Source of the DNA: Bacteroidales bacterium
Lineage (GTDB): Bacteria; Bacteroidota; Bacteroidia; Bacteroidales; ML635J-15
DNA length: 57,229 nucleotides
NCBI GenBank assembly: GCA_028686735.1
Contig: JAQUBO010000001.1
Location: 1 to 57,229 of the forward strand
Reading direction: 5' to 3'
How positions within the stretch are numbered: position 1 is the first letter of the stretch; each line of letters opens with the position of its first letter. Below the pieces are notes generated by a model. The model saw nothing but the letters and a program-made list of their open reading frames with translations, had not been told where the DNA came from and did not search any database. Shown piece after piece: positions 56,138 through 57,229 of this stretch. The translations under genes and the position numbers were made by a program.

Positions 56138-57229
56138 TTAATTAGTTATCAATTCTTCGGCAAACTTAACAAAATCTATTCCATTAAAATTGCCACTACT
56201 CATCATTAAAAGATTTGTATTACTAAAATTTTGCTCTACAAGAAAGTTTTTGAGCTTTTTAGTATCGGTAAAAACGACTGTCTCCTTACCAAAGGATTTT
56301 TGTACAAAATGCTCATCTATTTCGGGCAATTTTTTATGCTTAATGACTTCGTGACTATAATATACAATAGCAATATCAGCATTTGCCATGCAATTTTCAT
56401 ATTGCGGGATAAAGTTTTTTTGCAGACTCGAAAATGTGTGTAATTCGATGCAGGCTATAAGTGTCCGTTGTGGGTATTTTTGCTTTAAAGCATTAATTGT
56501 TGCTTTTAGCTTTGACGGTGCATGTGCAAAATCAATATAAAAAGAGGTATTATCGGTTTCTTTCACTAACTGCAATCTTTTTGCTGCACCCTCGAAACTT
56601 TGAATAGTTTCCCAAAACAGTGTTTCTTTTACGCCAGCCTCAATACATGCCAAACGTGCAGCGTTAACATTTTGCATATTATGATCACCAAAAACACTCA
56701 TTTTGTAAATTTTATTCTCAAATTTTACACAAACTTGCGAATTTTCATCAGTAAAATATTCATACTTATTGTATGAACTCGATTTGATTTTAGTGTTTTT
56801 ATTAGCGATTCTTTTTAGATCTTCGTCTTCCTCGAACCAAAAAAGCTTCCCGTTATCTTTTATTGTATTTATAAAAATCTCAAATTGACTGACATAGTTT
56901 TCAAAGGTCGGAAAAACGTTAATATGATCCCATGCGATACCAGTTAAAATTGCAATATCTGGCTTATACCAATGAAATTTTGGCGTAAGATCAATAGGAG
57001 ATGATAAATACTCATCTCCTTCGAGTACTGCAATTTTGTTATCTTCTTCAAGCTGTACCATTGTTTCAAAACCCTTGATATTTGCTCCAACCATGTAGTC
57101 GAAATTAATACCTGTACTTTTTAAAACATGCATTATCATTGATGTAATAGTTGTTTTCCCATGACTACCGCCAACTACAATTCGCTTTTTGTTTTTTGTT
57201 TGCTCGTAAAGATACTCGGGGTAAGAATA
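56138..57229 (-). CDS. mpl: UDP-N-acetylmuramate:L-Ala-D-Glu-mDAP ligase (Mpl-type Mur ligase); N-terminus beyond the window
   Basis: The track starts at the Met at 57139, but the frame stays open to 57229 and upstream codons read ...RIVVGGSHGKTTITSMIMHVL (Mur-ligase P-loop). Downstream motifs include GDEYLSS and ILTGIAWDHINVF. Confidence 0.8.
   Translation of the reverse strand, partial: YSYPEYLYEQTKNKKRIVVGGSHGKTTITSMIMHVLKSTGINFDYMVGANIKGFETMVQLEEDNKIAVLEGDEYLSSPIDLTPKFHWYKPDIAILTGIAWDHINVFPTFENYVSQFEIFINTIKDNGKLFWFEEDEDLKRIANKNTKIKSSSYNKYEYFTDENSQVCVKFENKIYKMSVFGDHNMQNVNAARLACIEAGVKETLFWETIQSFEGAAKRLQLVKETDNTSFYIDFAHAPSKLKATINALKQKYPQRTLIACIELHTFSSLQKNFIPQYENCMANADIAIVYYSHEVIKHKKLPEIDEHFVQKSFGKETVVFTDTKKLKNFLVEQNFSNTNLLMMSSGNFNGIDFVKFAEELITN

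Overview
This is a low-GC, Bacteroidota-type chromosomal segment. The evidence is T9SS C-terminal sorting domains on at least six secreted proteins, TTTG/TAnnTTTG promoters, and a cobalamin riboswitch upstream of a BtuB-like receptor. I support about 45 protein genes, one tRNA(CAT), one riboswitch, several intrinsic terminators and several repeat arrays. Housekeeping genes include mutS2, greA, a HIT-family gene, ahcY, ribF, lpxH, rpmA, rplU, tdh and mpl. Accessory content, in window order:
1. A B12-riboswitch operon (1-3975, minus strand) encodes two T9SS-sorted surface proteins and a TonB-dependent receptor.
2. A tight five-gene operon carries VTC, DUF4956 and a beta-barrel gene (4612-7692).
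3. A four-gene overlapping operon encodes an MltD-like protein, two SGNH proteins and an MBOAT protein (21627-27484).
4. A 13-kb cluster (28717-42007) encodes a 1210-aa TonB-receptor-like barrel, two paralogous cysteine-rich ~1.4-kaa proteins with an atypical C-terminal sorting domain, and a PorV-like protein embedded between them.
The most unusual DNA is a 2.9-kb interval with no tracked ORF (the track lists nothing under 60 aa; 13023-15931). It is filled by a nested tandem array: ~600-bp hairpin-rich units repeated 4.4 times, each containing its own array of 4-6 contiguous 35-bp units. Sequence modules of that array recur in other intergenic gaps (about 4.1, 16.4, 20.0 and 54.8 kb). I saw no transposase, integrase, cas genes or recognisable defence genes. 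All domain calls come from motif recognition by eye and need HMM confirmation.
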